From the IMG/VR virus record IMGVR_UViG_3300042465_007438, positions 1-56,446 of that record: a DNA stretch of 56,446 nt. One strand, given 5' to 3'. The notes below the pieces were generated by a model. It did no database searches and was not told the origin of the DNA. It saw nothing but the letters and a program-made list of their open reading frames with translations. The translations under genes were made by a program, and so were the position numbers. Source of the DNA: a virus. Lineage: Duplodnaviria > Caudoviricetes. Positions 39,636 through 51,168 of the stretch are shown here, piece after piece (position 1 is the first letter of the stretch; every line of letters starts with the position of its first letter).

Positions 39636-40619
39636 ATGTATCCATACTATACTCATAAGGAATTACTCGAAAAGATTGACCAGCAACAAGTGTGGTATAC
39701 CATGCTTGGAGTTATTCAGCTGGGTCAACACATTCTAAATCCTTTAAGACCAGATACAAATCCAGGATCTTGTTATCTACAAGAGTATAAAGGAAAAATT
39801 ATATTAATAGACTGGGCATCTAAAGAACATTCAGGATTAGATTGTATTTCAGCATATATGAAAATGTATCCTGACAAATCGTGGGACATTGTATGCAGTG
39901 ATTTACTAACCTGTAAGGTGTCTGCTCCTAGTCCATATGTATATCCTGGAATAAAAAAGAAGTCTAAGGTAATGTACTTTGAGCCTATTACTTGTGATTG
40001 GGAACAAAGACATATAGATTATCTTAAGCTTCGTGGAATACGAAGAGAACAAGTGGAAAGGGAATCTACCAGAGTCTGGGCTTGCAAAGGTTATATCTTA
40101 GAAAAAGAAGAACGGAAAATAGAGTATCATTTTGATGAGTTAGCATTTGCTTACAGACATGGTGAAAAATACAAAGTCTATTTCCCAAACCGCGAAAAAT
40201 ATAGGTTTATTGGAAATATAACTCAAGACGACATCTGGCATGTTAAACGTGGCTCAGATACGTTACTAATTTTAAAAAGTGCCAAAGATTTGCTTGTTAC
40301 TGAAAACCTATTAGATTACGATTTAAGTATGATACAAGGTGAAAACTTTGGTCATCCCAGTGATCTTATGGTGTTTAGTTGGGAAACAAGTTATAAACGA
40401 ATTATCTTGCTGTTTGACGGAGATGAATCAGGACTAAAAGGAATGGAAAGATTCAAATGTAAATTTCTAATTTCAAGTCCTGAAATAAAGTTTATACCTT
40501 TGGAACTTAGAGTTAAAGACCCGGATGAAATGTATATTAACTGGGGTAAAAAACGAACTAAAGATTATTTAACTCGATTATGTCAGGAGGATACTTTAAC
40601 TATGCCCAAAACAATATAA
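39636..40619 (+). CDS. DnaG-like primase (TOPRIM)
   Basis: NPLRPDTNPGSC, KSAKD, LFDGDESG, KDPDE; start MYPYY after the terminator. Confidence 0.85.
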   Translation: MYPYYTHKELLEKIDQQQVWYTMLGVIQLGQHILNPLRPDTNPGSCYLQEYKGKIILIDWASKEHSGLDCISAYMKMYPDKSWDIVCSDLLTCKVSAPSPYVYPGIKKKSKVMYFEPITCDWEQRHIDYLKLRGIRREQVERESTRVWACKGYILEKEERKIEYHFDELAFAYRHGEKYKVYFPNREKYRFIGNITQDDIWHVKRGSDTLLILKSAKDLLVTENLLDYDLSMIQGENFGHPSDLMVFSWETSYKRIILLFDGDESGLKGMERFKCKFLISSPEIKFIPLELRVKDPDEMYINWGKKRTKDYLTRLCQEDTLTMPKTI

Positions 40620-41773
40620 CTAACATTATCTGTAAGTTAGAAGAGGCATTAGAACAACAGGGAAAAGAAATACCTAAAGAAGAAAGATGGATGCCTGAAG
40701 ACTATTATAAAAAGTATCCTGAAGAAAAGCACTATCCTGTATATTCTGAAAAACTACAACAGGAATTTAAAAAAGGACTTTTATGTCTAAAAAAAGCCAA
40801 GATATATGCACAACGAATAGACTGGTTTTTGTCTTCTGATGATTCAGAAGAAACTTTTTATCAACGATTACACGAAGAATTAAAACAATTTGACAATGAC
40901 ACTCAATGAGATAGCAACAATTTTTAAAAGGCAGATCAATGAAAGTAACAGTGAAGCTTTAAACTCAGCTTTGTCAGACGGACTGTTTTTCTTTAGAGCT
41001 GCAGAAGTTTATAGTAACGCACTTACTGCTCTTACTATGGAACAAGTAACTGAAGAAGCTTTTATTGAAATGATCGATAACGAAATGCTTAAACTATTTA
41101 GAGAACGTCTTAACGATGAGCAAACTATCAATTAAATCCAATGAATTTCTAATGATGCTTTTAGATAAGCAGTTAGAGCCTTATGGAGTTACTTGGATGG
41201 AATGTGAGGAAATACATAAACTAAGTGGAAAACCTCCTTATCATCAGTATACATTTAAAACTCTAGAAGAATTTGAAGCGTGGAAGAATTTCTGCATAGA
41301 ACAAATGAGGAACACTAAAGAACGATTGAGTAAAAAAAGAGCAGAAAAAGAATTTCACTGGCTACAAGCTACTTACGGACTAAAAGAAGAATACCGACAT
41401 GCTTAAGATAGAAGATACTGTTGCTATTGTGATAGTTAATTCTCAGTTGAAAGAGGATTTCTGTTTCTTCTTAGGAGAGCAAAACTGGGTAGAAAAAGAC
41501 TGGGAAGGTTATGTAAGGGAATTTGAATCTAAAGGAATTATTCTTGTTGATTCAGAAAACTCTGTAGTACAACGGATGCTTGAGAAATCTTATAACCTTG
41601 ATCGGAAAATCATTTATTACTTTTTAGGATGTAATAATCTGATAAAAGACGTAGATATTTTCAGCCACTACATATTTGACACCAAAACCGACTGGGACAT
41701 TTTCTTAATTACTCACAATAATCTATACAATGCTAAATTTTCCGACACTAGAAACTTTGCAGGAATACCGTAG
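40580..41773 (+). CDS. four small hypothetical genes (40580-40909, ~40896-41135, 41116-41406, 41399-41773)
   Basis: Overlapping operon-like ORFs; first has MSGGYFNY...IDWFLSSD pattern. Confidence 0.65.
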
Positions 41774-42803
41774 TAATACGGGACTGTCTCAATCGTTTCT
41801 TAAAAAGGTACTTTCTAATGACACAAGAGAAATCAAGCAAACTGTTCCTATGATTATAGGAAGCCTTTTAGATGCTAAACTTACCAGTCCTAATCTGGTA
41901 GATAGTTTGTATCACAAAGGCATTGTAAAACGACCTAGTGATACTATCAAAGGATTTATAGACGAACTGTACATTCAAAAGGTTGAAGAGACTTCTAATT
42001 TCAAGTTTAAAGAATTTGAAGAGTATAAAGAGGTTATTATCTCGAAGGCTAGAGAGGCTAACTATCAGCCACGATGGGGAGATGATGCAGTCTGGAACTC
42101 CGTAGTTAAAGAAGGACAAGCTTACTGGGACGAATTGATAGAAGCACAAGGAAGAACATTAGTAACTGATGAAGAATGGCAAACTACCGAAATTATTACT
42201 TCAATGACAATGTCTAATTCTTTAACAGGACGCTATTTTGTTGATCAAAAAGAAGTAGATATTTACTATCAGTGTCCTTTGTACGGACAAGATGAAGCAG
42301 GACAACTACTGAAAGGACTTGCAGATATGATCGTAGTAGAACATGAAACTAAAACGATTTACCTGATAGACATAAAGACTTCAACTGCACGGAACATCCA
42401 AGAGTGGATGAACATTTGTCGACAAAAGAGTTATCCGTTTCAAATGTCGTTTTACCACTTTATGTTAAAACGTAGTCTTAAAGACTTTGTAGCAGAAGAT
42501 TATAAAATCCTTTGTCGCTGGATGGTAATTCCTTATTCAGTTGAATCATTTAAACCTTGGATTATTCCCTGCTCTGCTGAACTTTTACAAGTAGGTAAGT
42601 ATGGATATTCTGTTGTGAAAGACGTAAACGTATTAGGGAAAGCTATTTCATATGCTACTAACCCTTATAAAGACGGCTGGATGAACGCTTTGAGTGTGTA
42701 TAGACGTAGTCAGGAATTGGGAATTAAAGACTACGATGTAAAGTGGTATTTGCATAACGGAAAATTGAGTGAGGCGGACACAGAAAGTTTATTTTTTTCA
42801 TAA
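41730..42803 (+). CDS. PD-(D/E)xK exonuclease (RecE/ExoVIII-like)
   Basis: LSQSFLK, IGSLLD, KGLADMI, LIDIKT, YPFQMSFY. Confidence 0.82.
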   Translation: MLNFPTLETLQEYRSNTGLSQSFLKKVLSNDTREIKQTVPMIIGSLLDAKLTSPNLVDSLYHKGIVKRPSDTIKGFIDELYIQKVEETSNFKFKEFEEYKEVIISKAREANYQPRWGDDAVWNSVVKEGQAYWDELIEAQGRTLVTDEEWQTTEIITSMTMSNSLTGRYFVDQKEVDIYYQCPLYGQDEAGQLLKGLADMIVVEHETKTIYLIDIKTSTARNIQEWMNICRQKSYPFQMSFYHFMLKRSLKDFVAEDYKILCRWMVIPYSVESFKPWIIPCSAELLQVGKYGYSVVKDVNVLGKAISYATNPYKDGWMNALSVYRRSQELGIKDYDVKWYLHNGKLSEADTESLFFS

Positions 42804-43724
42804 TGATAACTAATCGAACGTATTACTATTTATATCCTACGATAGAAGCTTTTGGCACTACGTTTCTTCAAGAGTTGAAGGAACTAACTGCTTATGGAAA
42901 GAAACCTATTGGGTCTTCCATTCACTCTATTTATATCGTAGATGTTTTATATTACAAAGCAAAGAAAAAATCTCTGGATATATCACAACTGGAAGAATTA
43001 CTATTTATGGTAATTGATACTAAAGGAGCAAAAAACGACACCTATATTAATGTGAGTGTCGGATATGCAAAGTTCCTTCAGTTCTTAAAATACTGTAGAA
43101 AGACTTCCTTTTATGTAAACGACTATTGGGTACAAGATGGTCACTGCTTTGTATTTAAAGTTCCTAAGAAGTTTTCTAATGCCTATAAAAAGTTTCTTAA
43201 ATCTCAATACTCTCAAATGTATACTCAGGAAGATATAAATCGTCTTGGGTATAAACTTGTAGTAGAAAGAAAAGGAGAGAAAGTTTACAACTTCATTGCT
43301 GCTGTTTTATTGAGAGATAAGGAAAGAGGTCTGCAGAAACTAGCTAAAGAAATTCAAGAACGATTTAGCGCAAATGTTCTTCCCGATGAGCCCGATGAAT
43401 ATGATCTTCCATGGCGTAAACAAGATGAATTTTTTCACTTCAAATATTTAAAAGATGATTTACAAGCAATTAGAGACATGGAAATGGAATTTAGAAGAAG
43501 CATATAAAGAAGTAGATTTTAGTATTCATGGTAAAGAGTTCAGAGCATTTGTAAAAATAAGTAAAGACAAACGAACTTGGACTATGCTTTATCAGAACGA
43601 ATCTAATCCGGACGATTGGTTTATACGAAAGGAAATATCAAGCCCGGAGTTATGGCAATATGGTAGACCAGTGCTTCCACAAACTTACAATCACCTGTTA
43701 AAAAAGTTGATAGAAAAAACATGA
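42803..43724 (+). CDS. two hypothetical genes (42803-43507, 43455-43724)
   Basis: Coupled ORFs; first carries FLKSQYSQMY motif. Confidence 0.65.
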
Positions 43725-44695
43725 ATGTAAAAATCTTAGCAGATACTTACGGTAATCATAACTCAAGGGTAACTACTTTTCTTGTAGAGTATCCAAGATT
43801 TATAGAGCCGGAAGTATTAAGACATCGAGCTTTAAGTTTTTCTGCAGCCAGTTCAAGAGCAGTAAATCTTAATAAACACATCGAACGAGTAAAGTCTAAC
43901 TACTTTATTCCTTGGTTTACTAAAGATGCACGAGGAATGTCTGCTAAAGAATATCTTGACAAAGATCAAGATTCAAAAGCATCTATTCTTTGGAAATCTG
44001 CAGTAAAGGAGTCTATTGAAGTATGTGAATCCCTAAGTAAATTGGGAGTACATAAACAACACGCATCACGACTACTTCAGTCGTTTGAGTATCAGGAAAT
44101 GATTATTACTGGAACTAACTGGGAGTCATTCTTCGAGTTACGATGCCCTAAATATTACATTCCGGGATATGAAAAAGACTATTATCGTAGTTTGGTAGAC
44201 GTTATACGAATGACTGATAAATATGATCTCAAAGGTTTTGATTCTGAAAAACATAATGCGTCTTCTGCACAACCTGAAATCCAACATTTGGCGGAAAGAA
44301 TGTGGGATATATATAATCTTAGTGTTCCTAAAACTGGCGGCATTCATCTTCCTTTTGGCTTTAATGAGACTTTATCCTTAGAAGATAACTTAGCCCGCAA
44401 TGTAGCACAATGTGCCCGTATAAGCTATTTGAGCGACGTAGACGACATTGAAAAAGACAAGGTTCTATACAACAAGTTAAAAGCTGAACATCACTGGTCT
44501 CCGTTTGAGCACATTTGTTTTCCTATGAGTTTAAATGAGTGGAGTCTGTTCTCTACTTCAGTCTTTTATAAAGACAAAGAAGGAAAACAAATGGTACGTA
44601 CAGACAGCGGACTATGTAAGAATTTTAAAGGGTTTATTCCGCTACGATTTATTGAAGAAAATAACTTAGATTTCAACAGATATGGAAATACTTAA
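43721..44695 (+). CDS. thyX: flavin-dependent thymidylate synthase
   Basis: RHRALSFSAASSR signature, VHKQHASRLL, FFELR, AQPEI, CARISY, HWSPFEH. Confidence 0.92.
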   Translation: MNVKILADTYGNHNSRVTTFLVEYPRFIEPEVLRHRALSFSAASSRAVNLNKHIERVKSNYFIPWFTKDARGMSAKEYLDKDQDSKASILWKSAVKESIEVCESLSKLGVHKQHASRLLQSFEYQEMIITGTNWESFFELRCPKYYIPGYEKDYYRSLVDVIRMTDKYDLKGFDSEKHNASSAQPEIQHLAERMWDIYNLSVPKTGGIHLPFGFNETLSLEDNLARNVAQCARISYLSDVDDIEKDKVLYNKLKAEHHWSPFEHICFPMSLNEWSLFSTSVFYKDKEGKQMVRTDSGLCKNFKGFIPLRFIEENNLDFNRYGNT

Positions 44696-44818
44696 CCTTA
44701 TTGTTACTCGACATGGTGAAGTGACAATCATTCATTCTTTTGTAATGGGCCTTCGCCTACTTCTCGTGTTATAAATTATTTAACCTATGTATATAGGTAT
44801 TTACCAAAAGATTAATTT

Positions 44819-46147
44819 ATGTACATCTCAATTTATAAATCAGACCCTCCTGTTAAGTGGAACTCTTTAGTAGAATTTGCGACTAAAGAGCTAAGTATTT
44901 ATAGGACAGAAAAAGGAACTTTTAAACAAGATGCTTCTTTCAAAGTATATCTTAATATTAATTGGGAATCTTCAGTATGGGGCGGCTTTATCGGTCAAGA
45001 CAATGAAGAAGCATTAAAAGGATTTGTCAAGTCCAGAGAGTTTCTTGATCTATGTACTAAACTAGACTACAGTATTTACTCAACACAAAAATTAAACAAT
45101 GCTGATTAAACTTACCGGAGATAGCAGTTGGGATTTGTTCATTAACTCTATGAACGAAGATCTAACCAATTTAGCCAAGACTATAAACTATGGGTTCGAT
45201 GATCTTTTCGAGTCTTTAAACATTTGGTAGTTATGTCACAAGAAAAAGATAAAATAAAAGAAGAGGAAATGCCTCCTGATTATTACCCTCCTAAAGATTT
45301 AGCAAATATTATCTGGGGAGTTTGTTTTGATTATAAAGATGTTGAAACAAATAACATTCAAGAGAGAGTTAAACTTGCTTGTTTCTTTGTAGAAAAAATC
45401 TATAAACTTCACAATCATAACACAACATAAATGCAAACAGTAGAGCAACTAGAATCAATGCTAGCAGAAGCAAAACTTCTGGCTAAAAAACAAGAAGATG
45501 AAAAAAAACTAAAACAACTTCAACAGTGGGTAGGTAAATGCTTTTCAAGTCATGTGTTTCAGCGACTACCTAGGCCAGGTAAAAATCTGTATATTCGTAA
45601 AATTGAAGACGTAAAAATAGATCCGGATGGAAGAGCTCAATATTACTTTCACCAATTAGAATTCATGAATTGGTATGATGGTAAATTTAAAGTTGAAGTA
45701 CAACGTTCTTGCTCTAATGAACCCTATCCTACATGGATTGCTTCTTGGAGTCACGAAATTACGCCTGATTTATTTGATGTGATAGCAGATCAAGTTAAAG
45801 CTCATGCCGAGACATACTTTGATGTGATCTCTAATTTGTTCAAACAATCTGATTCCATTACCAATGGAGATAGTTGTAATGAAACTGCAAAAACAACCTT
45901 GATAGAATCAGCTGGTTATACTTTTTTACCGCTGCCAGATAATGTGTTACAAATACTTAGCTGGAATAACCATCCGTTTATATACGAAGGGAAACTGCTT
46001 AATACTCCGGAAAGCATCAGCATAATTAAAATCATTGCTGATAATCTTATAAAAAATGCAAGAGATTGGGGAGGGACAATTCTATCCAGAGATCAGCCTC
46101 GATATGAAGCACTAATTTCTTTTTATAACAAATACAAGGACGTATGA
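44819..46147 (+). CDS. hypothetical genes (44819-45109, ~45233-45430, 45431-46147)
   Basis: Co-oriented ORFs. Confidence 0.6.
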
Positions 46148-46854
46148 ATTACACAAAGCTTTTAACTACTGAGAGTGAACTCAGAGCAGTACCTGTTCAG
46201 TCAACTCGTACTTACACAGCTATTCCTCACGGTAAAGTAATCGATGATGTTCGTTACTTTACTCTCAAAGCGGGATTTCGTATCTTAGAAGAAACGTATA
46301 AACAATGTAACTTTGGAGCTATTGCACAAGGTGAGTATCGAATCCAACATATCGATGATGAAGATATGGGGTTACAAATGATTTGGCAAAACTCTACTAA
46401 TAAACAAGTTAGTTTTAAGTTTGCTTTAGGGGCTCAAGTCTTCATTTGTGGTAACGGAATGGTCTTTGGAGACCAAGGTGCATTTAAACGAAAGCATAAA
46501 GGAATTGCTGATATTTTCACCTATAACAAGATGGAAGAAATCATAGGCAATTCTGGAGAAGCTTTTGAAAATATGATTTCTGTAAAAGAACAACTTAAAG
46601 GAATCGAACTGTCTCGTGAGTTGCAGTCTTCTTTCTTAGGTCAACTGTATGCACAAGAAGAAGTTCTTTCTATCAGTCAGGTAAAGATTGTAAAAGATCA
46701 AATGGATGAGCCTTCCTTTGATTACGGAACAGGACAAAATAATGCTTGGACTTTTATGCAGCACTGTACTCACTCGTTTAAGGAGATTACTCCACGAGTG
46801 TATTTGCCAAAACAGATTGAGCTGACTAATTTCTTTCAAGAGAAAGTTTTGTAA
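46144..46854 (+). CDS. DUF932-family protein
   Basis: TYTAIPH, WQNSTNK, GAQVFICGNGM, KRKH, NAWTFMQHCTHSFK. Confidence 0.8.
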   Translation: MNYTKLLTTESELRAVPVQSTRTYTAIPHGKVIDDVRYFTLKAGFRILEETYKQCNFGAIAQGEYRIQHIDDEDMGLQMIWQNSTNKQVSFKFALGAQVFICGNGMVFGDQGAFKRKHKGIADIFTYNKMEEIIGNSGEAFENMISVKEQLKGIELSRELQSSFLGQLYAQEEVLSISQVKIVKDQMDEPSFDYGTGQNNAWTFMQHCTHSFKEITPRVYLPKQIELTNFFQEKVL

Positions 46855-46957
46855 CATCTAAGCTAGACTGAAATATTAAAACTAAATAATTTGTTAGAGA
46901 GTGAGTTTATCACGGGGGTCTGTATATTACAGATCCCCTATTTTTAACCTTTAGATT

Positions 46958-48496
46958 ATGAGACTAGAACACTTTGATAAGTTTGTAGAATCCCTTAAAG
47001 AGATGGTTTCTGAAAAAAACCGACTTTCTGAAAAAACCCGACTCTTCCGCTCTTGGGTAGGAGACTACTCCTCAGATATACTTAACTTTATAAATCAACA
47101 TGAAGAAGTAGAAAAAGCTTTTCAACAAGAAAATGCACCAGGACAATATCGTCAGTTTAATATATTTGACCATCCCTCTTTTATAGGAGTAAGTTCTCAA
47201 GATCCTAGTAAAATATCTTATCTGACTTGGAATGCAATAGTAAAACATAACCTGCTTAGGGTAAAATTTCGTAGTAAAGAGTCAGAAGATGTAACTATAT
47301 GGAAACATATTGAAGATTTTAAAAATGAATTAACTATAGCATTAGTTCAGGATTGTGATCTTGTAGACTTTTACGTATATAATGCTTATGATCCTAATTG
47401 TAGAATTCATGCAAAGCCGGGTAAAGTATTTAAGCAGCTTTTCCCAGATTTAAGTGATTCAGAAATCGAGCGTTTTTCTACTCAATATCTTGCTCATATG
47501 AATCCAAAGTATGATTTCAAGTTAGTAAGCGGGAAAGATATTGCTCGATATTACTATTACGAAAACTACATAGAATGCAGCGGAGAACTGGGAGAATCCT
47601 GTATGAGAAATGTAGCAATGTCTTACTTTGACCTTTATACTAAGAATCCACAAGTTCAACTTGCAATTCTTGTAAACAGTAAGGATAAGATTGCAGCTCG
47701 AGCCTTAGTATGGGACAATCAGTATTATGATCGTATCTATGCGATTAATTCAGTTTTTCAGCAGCAGCTTAAAACTCAACTTGAGAAACTTAAACTAATT
47801 AATATATGGTATGGAAGAACTTACCTTGAAGATGAAGATCCTGTTATTGTCAAATTAGACGAGACTAATTTTATCTATTATCCTTTCTTGGACTCCTTGT
47901 ATCTGTTGAATACTGATACTAACGAGATTTCTAACTCGTTAACTATAGAGCCAAACAGATGCTTAGGGAGCACTGGAGGAGGATATGGAGAACGTAATGG
48001 AAGTACTTGCTATCATATTAACAACAACAGTGACCTTAAAGAATACTTTAATTCGCACTCGTGTGATAGTTGCGGAGATAGCTGCAACGAAGTATATGTA
48101 ACTCCTGATGACACTTGTCTTTGTTCAGACTGCTCTCGTTGGTGCTATTACACAGAAGAATACTATCATTATAATGACGTAGTTGTTACATACGCAGGGA
48201 ATAACTGCCACGAAGATGAGGTAGTTCGATTGTTTAACGGAGAGTATGCTTATAGTCAAGATAGCAGCCTCGTAGAAATATCAGGAGTATATTACCTAGA
48301 CAACCAGGTAGGCATATCTGAAATAGACAATGAATATTACGACTTAGACCTATTATCTAACCACACCATTGGTGACACTACTTATTATTGCACAGATGAA
48401 CAAGCAACAGAATTATTATCAGAATACTTACAGCAACAAGAAGAAGAACTTGAAAACTCCAGTGAAGAAACTGGGATCCACTATACCAAATCTTAA
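46958..48496 (+). CDS. conserved phage protein with Cys/His-rich C-terminal repeats
   Basis: KPGKVF, GESCMR, ARALVW, DRIY, YPFLDSL, then CxxC motifs. Confidence 0.7.
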   Translation: MRLEHFDKFVESLKEMVSEKNRLSEKTRLFRSWVGDYSSDILNFINQHEEVEKAFQQENAPGQYRQFNIFDHPSFIGVSSQDPSKISYLTWNAIVKHNLLRVKFRSKESEDVTIWKHIEDFKNELTIALVQDCDLVDFYVYNAYDPNCRIHAKPGKVFKQLFPDLSDSEIERFSTQYLAHMNPKYDFKLVSGKDIARYYYYENYIECSGELGESCMRNVAMSYFDLYTKNPQVQLAILVNSKDKIAARALVWDNQYYDRIYAINSVFQQQLKTQLEKLKLINIWYGRTYLEDEDPVIVKLDETNFIYYPFLDSLYLLNTDTNEISNSLTIEPNRCLGSTGGGYGERNGSTCYHINNNSDLKEYFNSHSCDSCGDSCNEVYVTPDDTCLCSDCSRWCYYTEEYYHYNDVVVTYAGNNCHEDEVVRLFNGEYAYSQDSSLVEISGVYYLDNQVGISEIDNEYYDLDLLSNHTIGDTTYYCTDEQATELLSEYLQQQEEELENSSEETGIHYTKS

Positions 48497-49559
48497 ACTT
48501 CTTGATTGGCTTGTACAAAATCAAAGTGTTTCCTATTCAGAAGAAATGGAAGCATTTATAACTTTATTACATAACTACTGTCTTGAGAAAAACTATACAG
48601 TAGTTCAGGATCATATAGGAAATCTTTATGTCACAAAAGGAAAAGCCGATTCGTATGCTTGTATAGTAGCCCATACAGATACTAATCAAGATATTCAAGA
48701 GTCCGTTCAACTGGTACAAATTGAAGACATTCTCATCGGCTGGAATAACGTAACTTCAGAACAAGTAGGCCCGGGATTTGACGATAAACTGGGTATTCTT
48801 ATAGCACTTCAATGCTTAGAATATTTCTCAACTCTTAAAGTCTTTTTTCCAGCTTTGGAAGAAGTAGGATACAAAGGTACTTCAGTAGCAGACATGAGGT
48901 TTTTTGACGATGTAAATTTCTGCATTCAGCCGGATAGAAATTCGTATAACAACGACATCATCACTTTTACTAACGGTATTGAAACTGCAGGAAAAGACTT
49001 TATTAACACTATCCAGGAACTAGGGTTACTAGACGAGTATTCTTACAAAGAAGCAAATGGTGTAGGTACAGACATTGGAGAGTTGAAACACAAAGGACTA
49101 AAGTGTGCCGCAGTAAACATTTCTTGTGGTTATTACAACGAACATACTGACCAAGAAGTATGTTCTGTATCTCGTCTTCACAATGCACTTAATTTTATCA
49201 TCGATATTATTGTGCAAATAGGCCACTGTAAGTTTGAACATATTCCGGTTAAGAAAGCAGTTGTTCCAGTTAATAGATATTGGGGTGACTATTATGACGA
49301 ACCTAAGAAAACAGAATGGTATCATTTTAGTGCATTTAATGGTGTGTGGGAAAAAGTTATTAACGAAGATGATCTCGTATACTTAGAATATGAACACTGT
49401 ACTGAATGTGGGCATCCTCTGATAGATACAAAAGATGATAATTACGGAGTAAGGTATGAATGTAGGAATTGTGACAGTTCATTTTTCTCGGTAACTAAAC
49501 ATGAAAATAAAAGCAACAAAACAAACAAAGGAGGGAATACCGTATCTGGCCTTTGGTAA
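48369..49559 (+). CDS. M20/M28-family zinc peptidase with C-terminal Zn ribbon
   Basis: AHTDT, GFDDKLG, EEVG, QPDR, GYYNEHT; start probably downstream of 48369. Confidence 0.85.
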   Translation: MVTLLIIAQMNKQQNYYQNTYSNKKKNLKTPVKKLGSTIPNLKLLDWLVQNQSVSYSEEMEAFITLLHNYCLEKNYTVVQDHIGNLYVTKGKADSYACIVAHTDTNQDIQESVQLVQIEDILIGWNNVTSEQVGPGFDDKLGILIALQCLEYFSTLKVFFPALEEVGYKGTSVADMRFFDDVNFCIQPDRNSYNNDIITFTNGIETAGKDFINTIQELGLLDEYSYKEANGVGTDIGELKHKGLKCAAVNISCGYYNEHTDQEVCSVSRLHNALNFIIDIIVQIGHCKFEHIPVKKAVVPVNRYWGDYYDEPKKTEWYHFSAFNGVWEKVINEDDLVYLEYEHCTECGHPLIDTKDDNYGVRYECRNCDSSFFSVTKHENKSNKTNKGGNTVSGLW

Positions 49560-49911
49560 AGAGAAGTATCTGGAATTCCTTTCCACAATGAGCGACGGAA
49601 CTGAAGTGATTATAGATATTCTTGCAAAAAGAAGTCTAAGTCAAAATAAGTTGCTACATTTGTGGATTGGAATTCTGGCTTCTGAATGGGGAGAACCATC
49701 TGCTCATGTAAAAGCTAAACTAGTATGTGATTTTTTTGGATGTGAAGAAATAGAATACAATGGCAAATCTTATATTGTTCCTGTATCTACTTCTACTCTT
49801 GACAAAAAAACATTTACAGAAGGACTTACCAATATGTATATATGGGCATTAGAAAACGGATACAATTTACCTTCACCGGACGAGTATTTGGCTTATGGAA
49901 AAATGGATTGA
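49501..49911 (+). CDS. NinB-like recombination protein
   Basis: KRSLSQNKLLHLW, STSTLDKKTF, LPSP. Confidence 0.75.
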   Translation: MKIKATKQTKEGIPYLAFGKEKYLEFLSTMSDGTEVIIDILAKRSLSQNKLLHLWIGILASEWGEPSAHVKAKLVCDFFGCEEIEYNGKSYIVPVSTSTLDKKTFTEGLTNMYIWALENGYNLPSPDEYLAYGKMD

Positions 49912-50095
49912 TATAAACGACAAGTTACCTGAACACAACAAGCTGGTCTTAATCCTTACTTCAGAAGAAGGATATAGACTGGCAGAGTATCAGCCTACTT
50001 ATCTGTATTGCTGGAGAGGAAACAGTGGAGTTAATTACAGTACGAAAGAAATAACACACTGGATGAAGCTTCCTGATCCTCCTGAATTAAAATAG
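49895..50095 (+). CDS. DUF551-family protein
   Basis: WIDINDKLPE...ITHWMKLPDPP. Confidence 0.85.
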   Translation: MEKWIDINDKLPEHNKLVLILTSEEGYRLAEYQPTYLYCWRGNSGVNYSTKEITHWMKLPDPPELK

Positions 50096-50096
50096 T

Positions 50097-50662
50097 ATGA
50101 GACTTTTTCTAACGTCTTTTCTACAAGTTTTCTTAGTTTCTATCAACACTATCTTTCTAACTAAAGGATTTGTGATAGGTATTATTACAACTTCATTAGC
50201 AATTAACTGGGTGTGGATGCACAATCTTAAGCGAACAGTATCTTGTGATACTAAGGACAAGGTAGTTTATTCTGTAGGTGCAACGACAGGATCTATAAGT
50301 GGCTATTATTTCAGCAAACTAATATTTTCAATTCTATGACTTTATTCAAAAGTACAGAGACACAAGGTGAGTATACTATTACTCTTTTCACTCCTATTGA
50401 TTCACCGGGAACAATTCTTCGATTTTCTCACTACCCTTCAGTAGATGAAGAGCCGGAGTTTATTGCTATCGAGCATAATATCTTGGGAGAGTCAGTAATT
50501 CCTGTAAGACTTCAGAAAGCCAAACGTACCAAACAGTCTAAGGACGTTGAATACTTTGACGTAGAAGTTCCGCAGAAAGTGTACCAGCCGGTGTTTCTAA
50601 AAGTCAGTAAGCCTGAGGAAGTTCAGACATTGCTGGCTTATTTGAACTCTCATCTTATCTAA
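50097..50662 (+). CDS. small membrane protein (50097-50339) and hypothetical protein (50336-50662)
   Basis: Hydrophobic 80 aa ORF with ATGA overlap; terminator 50673-50704. Confidence 0.65.
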
Positions 50663-50706
50663 CCAAACTATTTACCGGGGGTGAAATTCCCCCGGTATTT
50701 TTTATT

Positions 50707-51168
50707 ATGGTACGAGAAATAGAAAAGAATAAAAAACACTACGACTTTATAAATCAATATTTATTACTTCCTGAGTACGAAGTATATTTGACTAAAGATC
50801 ACTGGAGACAACTGGGATATTATTCTCATAGTGGAAGATTAGTAGGAAGTATTATTTTTGCAGTTCAACCGACTCGAACATTAATACTTTACACTGTAGT
50901 TACTTTGGACTGGAGGGGTACAGGGATAAACAAACAACTTGCAACCGCAGTAGAAAGAATCTCAGCAGAACTAAATAAAACCAGAGTTTCAGTAAATATC
51001 AGACAAACAAACACAGCTTCATTAATATCGTTTTTAAAAAGTGGTTACCTAATAAGCCGCTCGACGGATAGCTATAATAATGGAGAGAAAAAAATATCTT
51101 TAGTAAAACAACTTAAATATGTACAGCAAGCAGAAAAAAGCAGTACTCAAGAAATGCCAGATTTGTGA
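50707..51168 (+). CDS. GNAT acetyltransferase
   Basis: VVTLDWRGTGINKQL and NTASLISFLKSGY motifs. Confidence 0.75.
   Translation: MVREIEKNKKHYDFINQYLLLPEYEVYLTKDHWRQLGYYSHSGRLVGSIIFAVQPTRTLILYTVVTLDWRGTGINKQLATAVERISAELNKTRVSVNIRQTNTASLISFLKSGYLISRSTDSYNNGEKKISLVKQLKYVQQAEKSSTQEMPDL

Noticed and set aside
48018-48030. aacaacaac run as a possible template repeat
   Set aside because: Flanks do not match the VRs; it encodes NNN inside an ordinary CDS.
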